A model generated the notes under the pieces. The model was not told where the DNA came from, ran no database searches, and was given only the letters and a program-made list of their open reading frames with translations. From IMG/VR virus record IMGVR_UViG_3300045996_002431, positions 11,217 to 75,216 of that record: a stretch of DNA of 64,000 bases; one strand, written 5' to 3'. Below, in pieces: positions 1 through 8,288 of this stretch (positions within the stretch are counted from its first letter, which is position 1; the number at the start of each line of letters is the position of its first letter). This stretch comes from a virus. The position numbers and the translations under genes were made by a program.

Positions 1-1
1 T

Positions 2-145
2 GACTGGCTGAGGGAAAAACACGATATAATTGTTTGTTTTAACCCCGAAGAAAGAATGTGGGACACATACAACGGAAATTGTTTGGAATTTGCAGGAAAC
101 ACCCGCGAAGCAGCAATACTAAAAGCACTTGAATTAATTAACTAA
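2..145 (+). CDS. 5'-truncated small phage hypothetical protein
   Basis: Own translation: DWLREKHDIIVCF...TREAAILKALELIN*, open from the window edge; WLREKH...EAA..KALE pattern typical of small phage proteins. Confidence 0.6.
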   Translation, partial: DWLREKHDIIVCFNPEERMWDTYNGNCLEFAGNTREAAILKALELIN

Positions 146-159
146 ATAATTTTACGCTC

Positions 160-459
160 ATGAACAAGAATCAGACAACAGTAAGCACAGACTTCTTGAT
201 CCTTAAAAATGTTCGCATGCCTCGCGGCATAGAGAACGAGACAGGAGCTCAGGTAGTATTCGAATATCAATGCGAAGAAACAAAAGAGAGACTGAATGTA
301 TATGGCCGCAAGAACGAGGAAAAAGAACTGGACCAATGGGCTGATCGAGACGGGGATAATATTCCGGAGAGCGAAGCTAACCTTCTTCTTCAAAACTCAG
401 CAGCACTGAAAGCATGGGCCGAGCACGGCTGGAGTTATGTTAAACGTTATTGTATGTAA
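160..459 (+). CDS. hypothetical protein
   Basis: 99-aa ORF in a tightly packed + strand early cluster. Confidence 0.6.
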   Translation: MNKNQTTVSTDFLILKNVRMPRGIENETGAQVVFEYQCEETKERLNVYGRKNEEKELDQWADRDGDNIPESEANLLLQNSAALKAWAEHGWSYVKRYCM

Positions 460-734
460 TCATGAGAAAAGTAAATGGAGAAATTGCCCTTCGAGAAGGA
501 GAGAGATTTCAATTAAACGGAAAAACGTATGAAGTAACTTTTGCAGAACCAATGTATGGCGGAAGGATATATGTAGAGATACCAAAACCTGGAGCCACTA
601 ACGCACTAGGGCGCGTGACTAATAAAGGCGCTATAGATGTTACAGAAGGCGTTAGAGGATATGCAGAAGAAATTGGAACAGATTCGTCCAAAATGATTTA
701 TTGGGGTAGGGCAATTTTCGTTGAGAAAAAATAA
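450..734 (+). CDS. hypothetical protein
   Basis: 94-aa ORF overlapping the upstream stop; start may be the ATG at 462. Confidence 0.6.
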   Translation: MYVIMRKVNGEIALREGERFQLNGKTYEVTFAEPMYGGRIYVEIPKPGATNALGRVTNKGAIDVTEGVRGYAEEIGTDSSKMIYWGRAIFVEKK

Positions 735-787
735 ATTGTTCAAAAGTGTAACCTTAACTTATTAACTAACGTAAAAGGAAGAAAAGA

Positions 788-1105
788 ATGAAACTATCAG
801 AATATAATCAGAGACCAACAAGAACGAGGATCGACTCGGCAGGGAAGTTCTTCCTTGAGACTATCTTTGTCAATGGCAAAAGAGATGTTAAGGTCCGGAC
901 CAAACAATCGAACGGCACCTTACTATCTGAGTATATGTATGGCATATGGAGTAATATGGCTGGTGACTTTACGGTGACGTTCAGTGGCCATCTTATATTC
1001 ATGACTTCCGCCGAGGGAAGAGTAACTTTGAACAAACTGAAACAGGTTCATCAAAATGCACTTGATAAATTTATCGAGAAGGTTAAGAAAGGAGAAATAT
1101 TATGA
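788..1105 (+). CDS. hypothetical protein
   Basis: 105-aa ORF with A-rich leader and ATGA overlap with the next gene. Confidence 0.65.
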   Translation: MKLSEYNQRPTRTRIDSAGKFFLETIFVNGKRDVKVRTKQSNGTLLSEYMYGIWSNMAGDFTVTFSGHLIFMTSAEGRVTLNKLKQVHQNALDKFIEKVKKGEIL

Positions 1106-1284
1106 CTATCAAAGAACTCAAGAACAGGGAAGCTACGAGAGTTTGGATCAACTGCCCTAGCCACAATCTTCACGGAAAGGTCGCTATAGCCATTGTGGAT
1201 AGGTGGGATAATGTTAGGGTGTATTTCACCGAAGGTAATTTAATATCAATGGAAATTGATCCAATATACTTAGAAAGGAAGTAA
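1102..1284 (+). CDS. hypothetical protein
   Basis: 60-aa ORF coupled by a 4-nt overlap. Confidence 0.55.
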   Translation: MTIKELKNREATRVWINCPSHNLHGKVAIAIVDRWDNVRVYFTEGNLISMEIDPIYLERK

Positions 1285-1288
1285 TAGA

Positions 1289-1924
1289 ATGAAAAGAGAC
1301 GAATCAATATTAGACAAGCACATTTTTATCGTGGTATCAGATGCCGCTGGTAAAAAGTATACGGTCGAGATACCAAAGCAGGACGTTTCTGTGTACAGAG
1401 TCCGCAAGACTATATCCAAGATACAAACAGACGAGAACTTCCTTAACGGAAAGATGCGTCACGACGAGGTAATCAATTACTTCAATATAAAGGGCATCTT
1501 TGCCCGAGCTAAGTTCGACTTCAAAGTTATGTACCTGAATCCGGTTGTAAGGGCAAGAATGCGTGACAAGACCGTTAGCCAGGCCCTGAAGATCATCTAC
1601 GAATGCGTAGCCACATACTACCGAATGAGACCGGAAGATCTTAAAAGCAAGTCACGCCTTAAGAGATACGTTATGTTCAGGGAAATGTTCGCATACATAG
1701 CCAAGACAAGGTGTGATCGGGCTACTTACTGGGAGATCGGCGAAGAGCTTGGGGGGATGTCTCACTGTACCATGCTACACCATAAGAATAAGATCGATGG
1801 ATTTGTTGAGACCGGAGATGAGATGGTGACTCATGATATTTCCGAGATCGACAGGCTAATCAGTCTGAGGTTAATAGAAGAGGACAAAAAAGTTTCAAAA
1901 GAAATACAAGTTGTTAATAGTTAA
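1289..1924 (+). CDS. protein with DnaA C-terminal (domain IV) helix-turn-helix
   Basis: C-half 'IYECVATYYRMRPEDLKSKSRLKRYVMFREMFAYIAK...YWEIGEELGGMSHCTMLHHKNKI' parallels DnaA domain IV (V..YF.V...DL.SK.R...IV..RQ.AMYL.....L..IG..FGGRDHTTV.H...KI); no AAA+ domain. Confidence 0.8.
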   Translation: MKRDESILDKHIFIVVSDAAGKKYTVEIPKQDVSVYRVRKTISKIQTDENFLNGKMRHDEVINYFNIKGIFARAKFDFKVMYLNPVVRARMRDKTVSQALKIIYECVATYYRMRPEDLKSKSRLKRYVMFREMFAYIAKTRCDRATYWEIGEELGGMSHCTMLHHKNKIDGFVETGDEMVTHDISEIDRLISLRLIEEDKKVSKEIQVVNS

Positions 1925-2303
1925 ATTCATATTAATCGAGGTTGGAAAACTAACCATCATAGGGGCGGCGAATATGTTCCTGCTTCCGGTGCATCTTGTG
2001 ATGTTTGGATGGAAGTCTTTCCGCCGCAAAAAACGAAAAATGGAAACAGAAGAAGAACAGATGAACGACAAGAAACTGAAACTCATCAAGAAAGTAAACA
2101 AGATGGGTTTTTTCACCGGATCAACAAACGTTGCCATCATTGGTCGCGAAGCCCAGCTAGGGTACGGAAAGATCATAAAAATGGACTACGATCCGGAGTA
2201 TTATAAGCCATACGACGTGAACCCGAGTCACCTAGTTCTTCATGTTCAATTCCCAGGAGACTCTACTGTTTGGTTTGTGAACATCGATAAGTTGAGAAAA
2301 TAA
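1911..2303 (+). CDS. hypothetical protein
   Basis: 130-aa ORF from TTG; alternative ATG start at 2040. Confidence 0.55.
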   Translation: MLIVKFILIEVGKLTIIGAANMFLLPVHLVMFGWKSFRRKKRKMETEEEQMNDKKLKLIKKVNKMGFFTGSTNVAIIGREAQLGYGKIIKMDYDPEYYKPYDVNPSHLVLHVQFPGDSTVWFVNIDKLRK

Positions 2304-2352
2304 CATACATTAACAAATAAATAAAATTAATCACCGTAATATTGTAAAAGCC

Positions 2353-2643
2353 ATGATTGAAGCTCCTGACACAAAAAAAAGAATTCAGATCTACACAAAG
2401 GCAATTGAGATCGTTGGAGACAATAACACTTTAAGCAAGAACCATACATGTACTTGCAAGGCGCTGTTCGATCAATTAATGCAATTCCATTGCGGTCTTT
2501 ACTACAGGGATATGTCTGAATTCTTTCCTGAGTTTGTCATGTTTCAGCCTGAGTACAAAACCACAAGAGAGAGATGGTTCGAAACAAGATTGGAACGTCA
2601 AATTGCACTTGAGTTTTGCATACAAATCACTAAAGACAAATAA
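2353..2643 (+). CDS. hypothetical protein
   Basis: 96-aa ORF with A-rich leader. Confidence 0.6.
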   Translation: MIEAPDTKKRIQIYTKAIEIVGDNNTLSKNHTCTCKALFDQLMQFHCGLYYRDMSEFFPEFVMFQPEYKTTRERWFETRLERQIALEFCIQITKDK

Positions 2644-2658
2644 AAATTAAATCGTAAC

Positions 2659-2880
2659 ATGAGAAAAGAATCAGTATTTGGGAAACCATCAACAGAGGTG
2701 TCAATTGATCCGGAAATTCCATTCGGAGACTGGCTGGCAAGAAATAACTTCCAACCTTATCACGCAAACTGGAGAATGGAGTCACCTCAGTGGATCCAAA
2801 CAGGAGTTAATCCTACATTGTTCTCAACAACAGAATTGTTTAACCGATATAAAACCGAAACGCAACATGAAACCAAGTAA
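2659..2880 (+). CDS. hypothetical protein
   Basis: 73-aa ORF with A-rich leader, overlapping the next start. Confidence 0.55.
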   Translation: MRKESVFGKPSTEVSIDPEIPFGDWLARNNFQPYHANWRMESPQWIQTGVNPTLFSTTELFNRYKTETQHETK

Positions 2881-3406
2881 GGCATTATTCCACATCTTCG
2901 CAGGCATATCCCTGCAGTATTTCAAAGACTACTACAAAGACGAGCAACAGTCTTTCATCGATGACGAGAACAAACGCATCGAAGAAGCGCCAAACTCCAA
3001 GCTTAAAAGCAAAGCAAAAAGCAATATGAAGACTGGACTGGACCAGCTCAAAAACTATCACAATCGCACTATAAACGCACTTGAGTTCGCCATGAAGAGT
3101 AACGTCTCCAGGCTCAACATCGAGGCTCAGGAGCACCTTAACAAGTCAATGGCTGGGGTTAAACTTATGGTTGAGAAAATCAAGTCTCCTGAAGACTTCC
3201 CGAGACTAATCACCCTGATCGATCTGTACAACACTGGTGCTTTTAAAGAAGTGTTTGCCGATCTTGATGGTAAGACGGCGGAAGAATTGGAAGAGGAGAA
3301 TTACTCTCAATACAACGAATCTGATAAGGATAAATTTGTTGAAGAATACCCGGTTGATGCGAAAGACGCGTTCACGCAAAACGATCCTGAAGAACAATTG
3401 CCATAA
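2867..3406 (+). CDS. hypothetical protein with acidic C-terminus
   Basis: The track's ORF 2678..3406 probably starts at ATG 2867 (MKPSKALF), since the upstream part lies inside the 2659 gene. Confidence 0.65.
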   Translation: MKPSKALFHIFAGISLQYFKDYYKDEQQSFIDDENKRIEEAPNSKLKSKAKSNMKTGLDQLKNYHNRTINALEFAMKSNVSRLNIEAQEHLNKSMAGVKLMVEKIKSPEDFPRLITLIDLYNTGAFKEVFADLDGKTAEELEEENYSQYNESDKDKFVEEYPVDAKDAFTQNDPEEQLP

Positions 3407-3657
3407 TGATAGAACTGACAGCCAAGGAAGAAAAGTGGGCCGAGGCCGTAAGTAAGGCAATCGCATCCACGGCATACGACTCAGCTCACTGGAAGAGCCT
3501 CAAAGATATCATTAGAACCGCAACTGGTATCTATCGATCATCGAATGAAGAGGAGTCCATCCTGGACAACAACACACTAAGAAGGGTAGTCCTTTACCTC
3601 ACACAAAAAGGGAATAAGATCAGATTCGAAAAAGGAGTTATTCATGCAGGAGTTTAA
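3406..3657 (+). CDS. hypothetical protein
   Basis: 83-aa ORF, TAATG coupling. Confidence 0.6.
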   Translation: MIELTAKEEKWAEAVSKAIASTAYDSAHWKSLKDIIRTATGIYRSSNEEESILDNNTLRRVVLYLTQKGNKIRFEKGVIHAGV

Positions 3658-3856
3658 AGACACACTAAGAAAAGCAGCGGACCTCGCTATTCACCATAAC
3701 CAGGCTTCGGTGCCATTCTTCCAAAGGAAGCTTAATATGTCCTACCTGAAGGCGGAAATCGTTTGTACCGCACTGGAAGGATACGGAGCCATCCGGCAGA
3801 CAGAAACAAGGGAGTATGAAGTTAATCATGAAGTAGCCAAACAATTATTCAAGTAA
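3644..3856 (+). CDS. stand-alone FtsK gamma-domain (winged-helix) protein
   Basis: 'DTLRKAADLAIHHNQASVPFFQRKLNMSYLKAEIVCTALEGYGAI' parallels the FtsK gamma consensus D.L...A...V.....AS.S.LQR.L.IGY.RA..I...LE..G.V. Confidence 0.75.
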   Translation: MQEFKDTLRKAADLAIHHNQASVPFFQRKLNMSYLKAEIVCTALEGYGAIRQTETREYEVNHEVAKQLFK

Positions 3857-4231
3857 ATGGAAAACTTATTTGAAATAGGGGACAGGGTGATCTGTGTTGA
3901 CGATCGCCGAAACCATCCTCAGACTGTATTCGACTTCCGGCAATGGGTCGTAAGGGAAAAGGAATACCATGTAAGAGGCTTTCAGGGGAATGATGGTATC
4001 GTAACAGGTATTCTTCTTGAAGAGGTCCATAATCCACCCATATTCATTAAATTACTGGGTAGGAAACAGGAGCCCGCATTTGCGGTATGGAGATTCAGGA
4101 AAACTAAATCTGCGTTTTTGATCGCTGAAGAAAAAGAAGAAGAGTGTGTTCCGATAGAGGAACTTCCGCCCGGAGAACTTAACCCAGGAAAATTCACAAT
4201 AGATTTAAGACCAGCAGCACAAAATGTCTAG
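3857..4231 (+). CDS. hypothetical protein (SH3/KOW-like 'FEIGDRVICVD' N-terminus)
   Basis: 124-aa ORF abutting the upstream gene. Confidence 0.65.
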   Translation: MENLFEIGDRVICVDDRRNHPQTVFDFRQWVVREKEYHVRGFQGNDGIVTGILLEEVHNPPIFIKLLGRKQEPAFAVWRFRKTKSAFLIAEEKEEECVPIEELPPGELNPGKFTIDLRPAAQNV

Positions 4232-4315
4232 GTTGTTAGAGAAATCAGAGGAACCTAGACATAGACCTAGACACGATGTCTAGGTTGATGAAGAAATTAA
4301 AAGGAACCTAGACAT
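4224..4315. repeat. tandem pair of inverted repeats of an 11-bp motif ATGTCTAGGTT/AACCTAGACAT (five copies)
   Basis: Copies at 4224-4234 (fwd), 4252-4262 (rev), 4265-4274 (rev, partial), 4276-4286 (fwd), 4305-4315 (rev). Confidence 0.9.
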
Positions 4316-4327
4316 TAACCCACTAAC

Positions 4328-4609
4328 ATGAAAGCAACAATATTCTATTCATCACGCCGAAGGGCAGAATCCATGAAAATGTGGTTATCGATCGATCTTC
4401 AGAAAAAGATCGGTAATTCACTGATATTCGAAGAGTCCCCCAATCCAAGGATCCGGTCAGCCGGAGATCTTGAGAACGGTAACAAGATTCATGCTAATGA
4501 CAAAGTATCCACTTGCGTTGTAATCCTTAAGGGAGTGCATAACGATGATCTAAGAGGAGATTACGAAGTTGAACAGGAGGGTGATTGGTTTTATCTTGAT
4601 AAAATTTAA
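4328..4609 (+). CDS. hypothetical protein
   Basis: 93-aa ORF right after the repeat cluster. Confidence 0.6.
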   Translation: MKATIFYSSRRRAESMKMWLSIDLQKKIGNSLIFEESPNPRIRSAGDLENGNKIHANDKVSTCVVILKGVHNDDLRGDYEVEQEGDWFYLDKI

Positions 4610-4613
4610 AAAC

Positions 4614-4802
4614 ATGAGATATATTATTATTCCTTTACTAATACTGTTTTACATTTACTGGTCTTATTTATCAGTGGTGAATATACTTGACTGCTTTCCT
4701 AGACTGGAGTGGTATGCCGCTTTGTGGTTTACTGTACACTCAGCAATCAGTGTTAGTATAGTGTTCACGTACTTGTTGTATTTCACAATCAAACACTGGT
4801 AG
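4614..4802 (+). CDS. small membrane protein (2 TM)
   Basis: Likely start ATG 4614 (MRYIIIPLLILF...); two hydrophobic stretches. Confidence 0.55.
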   Translation: MRYIIIPLLILFYIYWSYLSVVNILDCFPRLEWYAALWFTVHSAISVSIVFTYLLYFTIKHW

Positions 4803-5057
4803 ATGACCCTAAAAAGGATCTTTGACGACACATTGAGACCGGGGGATCCGGTTATTCATAGACTGTCAGATCAAACATGTGAGTATGTCGCGGTATTTAT
4901 AGATGATATCATTATTGTTAAGTTCGGAGACTATCACTATAAGGTTCATCAGAAGCATGTGAGTAAGTTCAGGTTGTATATGTTTTTTAAATGGATAGGT
5001 CAGAAAGCTTATGGAATTAACTGTAGACTCGGAAGGATTTTCCGCCGTGGAAAATAA
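4803..5057 (+). CDS. hypothetical protein
   Basis: 84-aa ORF abutting the upstream stop. Confidence 0.55.
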   Translation: MTLKRIFDDTLRPGDPVIHRLSDQTCEYVAVFIDDIIIVKFGDYHYKVHQKHVSKFRLYMFFKWIGQKAYGINCRLGRIFRRGK

Positions 5058-5063
5058 AGAATC

Positions 5064-5600
5064 ATGTTCAAGCCATTCAAAGGAGAATGCAAAGATTGTG
5101 GTAATTGGCGTTGGATCGTCGTTAAAGCCGGATTTTGTAAAGCGTGTAATGAGCGGCGAAAGTTCAGTTCTTCTAAAAGAGATGGATGGACCCAGGATAT
5201 TGTGGCCACAAAAGAGGACAAACATAATTATAAAAAAGACTTCAAGACAAAAAAACCGATTCAGAAAAAGGCATCAAAGATACAGTACCGCAAAAAAAGT
5301 ACTGGTGAGCTGGCGCTTTTCCTTGAAATGTGGCAAGAGGCAATCGAGAGTCCTACGGGTCCCGTATGTAGATGTTGCGCCACGCCCCTGGGATTCTTCT
5401 CTGTGTCATACTTCTCTCATTTACTGGGAAAAGGAGCCTACCCTAAGTTTAGACTCTTTAAAGAAAATATTTGGATTAAATGCACGGAGTGTCATAAACT
5501 TTGGGAAACAAAGGCCATCTCCGATCTTCCAATTTGGTTCTCAGGAGCCATAGCTGAAAAAGAAAGATTAAAACAATTATATTACACCAAAACACTATAA
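5064..5600 (+). CDS. Zn-finger/HNH-like (NinG/Rap-like) nuclease
   Basis: N-terminal CxxC...CxxC; C-terminal CRCC...SHLLGKGAYP..R...NIWIKCTECH, as in NinG/HNH folds. Confidence 0.65.
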   Translation: MFKPFKGECKDCGNWRWIVVKAGFCKACNERRKFSSSKRDGWTQDIVATKEDKHNYKKDFKTKKPIQKKASKIQYRKKSTGELALFLEMWQEAIESPTGPVCRCCATPLGFFSVSYFSHLLGKGAYPKFRLFKENIWIKCTECHKLWETKAISDLPIWFSGAIAEKERLKQLYYTKTL

Positions 5601-5603
5601 ATT

Positions 5604-5789
5604 ATGAAATCACCTAAATATTCTCTAATGCCCTTTCTTCTGTCAGTTTTATTAATAACAGTATTGTACTTTATTTTTGTTTTCATTTCACTCAAATGGG
5701 ACCCCTCTGATTGGAGGTCTGATGGTCGGTTCGCTTTTGTTTTTTTTTCACTAGTGCTTATAGTTGGCGTCTTGACAGCCAAAGGTTAA
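5604..5789 (+). CDS. small membrane protein
   Basis: Two hydrophobic segments flanking 'WDPSDW..DGR'. Confidence 0.6.
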   Translation: MKSPKYSLMPFLLSVLLITVLYFIFVFISLKWDPSDWRSDGRFAFVFFSLVLIVGVLTAKG

Positions 5790-5791
5790 AA

Positions 5792-6244
5792 ATGAGATCG
5801 TTCACCGGAATATTTAACGCCAAGATAGATCGAGGGGAAATCTACTTTGATTCTCCCAACGATCACGACGCATATCTTAACCATCACGATGGCCAGGACA
5901 TAACAGTGACTTATGAAATAACTTCCAGGTCATCTGTAAAAAAGAAACTCTACAACTATTATCACGGACACGTACTCGACATGTATGTAAAGAAATTTAC
6001 AGAAGACGGTTTCGCTGGAATTGATAAAGTAGCTGCTGACGAATTCATAAAATCACGTATCGCAAGGTTCAAGGTTTACAACGAAAAAACCGGAGAGACT
6101 ATTGAGTATCATGAAGACAAAAGAGGAATGAATAAAGAGCGGCTGACTAAATTTGTGTCAGATGCTATTTATCTTGGAGAAGAGATGGGTATTCAGTTTG
6201 TGGATGCGGAAGAGTATAAAACAGGATGGAAAAAAGCAAAGTAA
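5792..6244 (+). CDS. NinB/Orf-like recombination mediator
   Basis: RS....YNYYHGHV...A.EFIK...MNKE.LTKFV......E.MGI resembles the NinB pattern; lies next to a NinG-like gene. Confidence 0.5.
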   Translation: MRSFTGIFNAKIDRGEIYFDSPNDHDAYLNHHDGQDITVTYEITSRSSVKKKLYNYYHGHVLDMYVKKFTEDGFAGIDKVAADEFIKSRIARFKVYNEKTGETIEYHEDKRGMNKERLTKFVSDAIYLGEEMGIQFVDAEEYKTGWKKAK

Positions 6245-6585
6245 CAATATTAACGCCGGAGGCTCTTCGCGAGGCCTTTGATTCAATGCCATATAGGACA
6301 GACGACTGGAGAGATGAGTATTTGAAATTCGAAAACCTTACATTCAACCTGGCATTCACCGATAATAAAAAGGTAGTGTCTTGCTGGTTTGTTTATTGTC
6401 CACTTTTTGGTGATGACGAGCCTAAGCCACCTAGGTTATTTTCAATTGAAGATTCTCATGCGATTAGTGCCATCAAAAATCAAATCCCTGAGCCTATTTT
6501 TGGTCAAGATCCATTCATCGCACAAAAACAGCTTAAGGAGTATTATGACTTAATAATAAGTAAATTTGATGATTTGAAAAAATAA
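6226..6585 (+). CDS. hypothetical protein
   Basis: 119-aa ORF overlapping the upstream stop. Confidence 0.6.
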   Translation: MEKSKVTILTPEALREAFDSMPYRTDDWRDEYLKFENLTFNLAFTDNKKVVSCWFVYCPLFGDDEPKPPRLFSIEDSHAISAIKNQIPEPIFGQDPFIAQKQLKEYYDLIISKFDDLKK

Positions 6586-6883
6586 ATTTGCAAATATGAA
6601 AAACAGCAACAAATCCGTATTCCCATTCATAGAGTTGAATGAAATAACAGGGAAACCTTTCGATCAACAATTTGGACTAACAAAACGCGAGCATTTTGCT
6701 GCAATGGCTATGCAGGGTATTTTATCCAACAGTAATCAAGTTGAAAAATTTCAAGTAAATGACTGGGGAATAGACTCAAACAGAGTGGCTCAATGCGCTA
6801 TTGATTGTGCCGACGAACTTTTAAGACAACTGGACAACCAGCAAAGCCCGATGATTTGAAAAAAATAAATTTGCAAATATGAA
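6568..6883 (+). repeat. 33/34-bp direct repeat flanking one gene
   Basis: GATGATTTGAAAAAA(A)TAAATTTGCAAATATGAA at 6568-6600 and 6850-6883. Confidence 0.9.
6596..6859 (+). CDS. conserved small phage protein (GLTKRE.FAA.AMQG family)
   Basis: 'FP...GLTKREHFAAMAMQGILSN...A..AI..ADELL' is a widespread small phage protein motif. Confidence 0.75.
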   Translation: MKNSNKSVFPFIELNEITGKPFDQQFGLTKREHFAAMAMQGILSNSNQVEKFQVNDWGIDSNRVAQCAIDCADELLRQLDNQQSPMI

Positions 6884-6904
6884 GTTTGCGTATTACATTG
6901 CAAA

Positions 6905-7975
6905 ATGACCCAAGTAACCAACCGCTACAAGTACCCTCAGCCATTAGTTGATGCCGTCTCTCACGACGGCCACATCACTTCGGGCGACATTTCAGTAACA
7001 ACATTAATCGATGCTCCTCAGATATTTTATTTGAGAAAGAAGCACAAGGTTGATATACAAACAGACGTATCAGATTTGATTTGGGCTCTTATCGGGACTG
7101 CCATTCATGGTATCCTGGAACGAGCAAATATCACCAGCCACAGACGCAACGCCTTAATGGAAGTTATCCAGTTGCTGAAAGAATTCTATTACAATAACCG
7201 TGAAAAGGAGGACCTTAAGGATGAGGCTTCCCAGGCAGAAAGAGTTTTCAAGTGGTTACTAAAGTTCATGTTCAAACATTATCCCGAACTCGAGTCTCGA
7301 TATGAATTTGAAACTCATGTTACTCTTGAGGTTAACGGATGGGTTGTTTCCGGCACTGTCGATTTATATGATAAGATTGACAAGAGGATCCAGGACTATA
7401 AAGTCACCAGCACGTACATGTATACAACTCCGGAGGCTAGGAAGAAGTGGAAGCTTCAGGTAAATACATATGCTTATATGCTTCGAAAGAAAGGATACGA
7501 GGTTCTTGGTGCCGACATCATTGGTATTTTCCGCGATTGGTCAAGAAAGAAAGTAGGAAAGCCTAATTATCCGCCTCTTCAGGTAATGACCATGGAGATA
7601 ATGCTTCACAAACAAGAGGATCTTGAAAAGTGGATTCTTCATAGGGTTAAGCTTCATCAAAAGGCACACGAGGGAGATTTTCCGCCTTGTAGTGGCGAAG
7701 AACGATGGGCGGTTGCCGATCAGTATGCGGTCCTGCAGTATAAAGAAGGCAAGGCGATATCGGGAAGCATAGTTTCCGAACGAGGTCTTGCTGAGAAGTT
7801 CGTAAAAGAGAACCAGCACAAATACAAGAAGCCCCTAATCATTGAGCACCGACCATCTGAATGGCGCAAGTGTGAGAGTTATTGTTCAGTTTCGAAATTC
7901 TGCGATCAGTGGGCGGAAAGAAAAAAACAAACAAGTTCACAATTTGTTAATAACTCTTCCGGTTGGGAAGGGTAA
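6905..7975 (+). CDS. PD-(D/E)XK Cas4/RecB-like exonuclease
   Basis: GTAIHGILE, E...GTVDLYD...IQDYK.TS, QVN.YAY, and C-terminal C...C...C.....C cluster. Confidence 0.8.
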   Translation: MTQVTNRYKYPQPLVDAVSHDGHITSGDISVTTLIDAPQIFYLRKKHKVDIQTDVSDLIWALIGTAIHGILERANITSHRRNALMEVIQLLKEFYYNNREKEDLKDEASQAERVFKWLLKFMFKHYPELESRYEFETHVTLEVNGWVVSGTVDLYDKIDKRIQDYKVTSTYMYTTPEARKKWKLQVNTYAYMLRKKGYEVLGADIIGIFRDWSRKKVGKPNYPPLQVMTMEIMLHKQEDLEKWILHRVKLHQKAHEGDFPPCSGEERWAVADQYAVLQYKEGKAISGSIVSERGLAEKFVKENQHKYKKPLIIEHRPSEWRKCESYCSVSKFCDQWAERKKQTSSQFVNNSSGWEG

Positions 7976-8009
7976 CTTTTTCTACATTTGATCGTACAAG
8001 AGTAAAAAA

Positions 8010-8288
8010 ATGGAAAAGAAAGTACGAATAAAGAGAAAAGAACTGATCGCAAAAAGAAATCCCGGTTGCATTGTTATTGATGACTTTCACGTTGTCGAGA
8101 ACTTTGAGAACGACGCAGTATCTGACATTATAAGAAGCGCCACGGCTCATTCAGCAGCAAGAAAGATAGCCGGTAGATTCAGAGTGGAGATGTTGAAGTT
8201 GCTCAATGATATTACCGCAGGCAATCCATCCCACGAAAGATTGATAGTGAGAATTAATGAATTAAAATCAAAATATAACCATGAATAA
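8010..8288 (+). CDS. hypothetical protein
   Basis: 92-aa ORF with A-rich leader. Confidence 0.55.
   Translation: MEKKVRIKRKELIAKRNPGCIVIDDFHVVENFENDAVSDIIRSATAHSAARKIAGRFRVEMLKLLNDITAGNPSHERLIVRINELKSKYNHE

Noticed and set aside
5011-5553. 180-aa ORF overlapping the Zn-finger/HNH gene
   Set aside because: The 5064-5600 frame carries the CxxC/HNH motifs; this frame has no recognisable features.
6905-7975. CRISPR-associated cas4
   Set aside because: No cas1/cas2 or array; solo Cas4-like nucleases are common in phage recombination modules.
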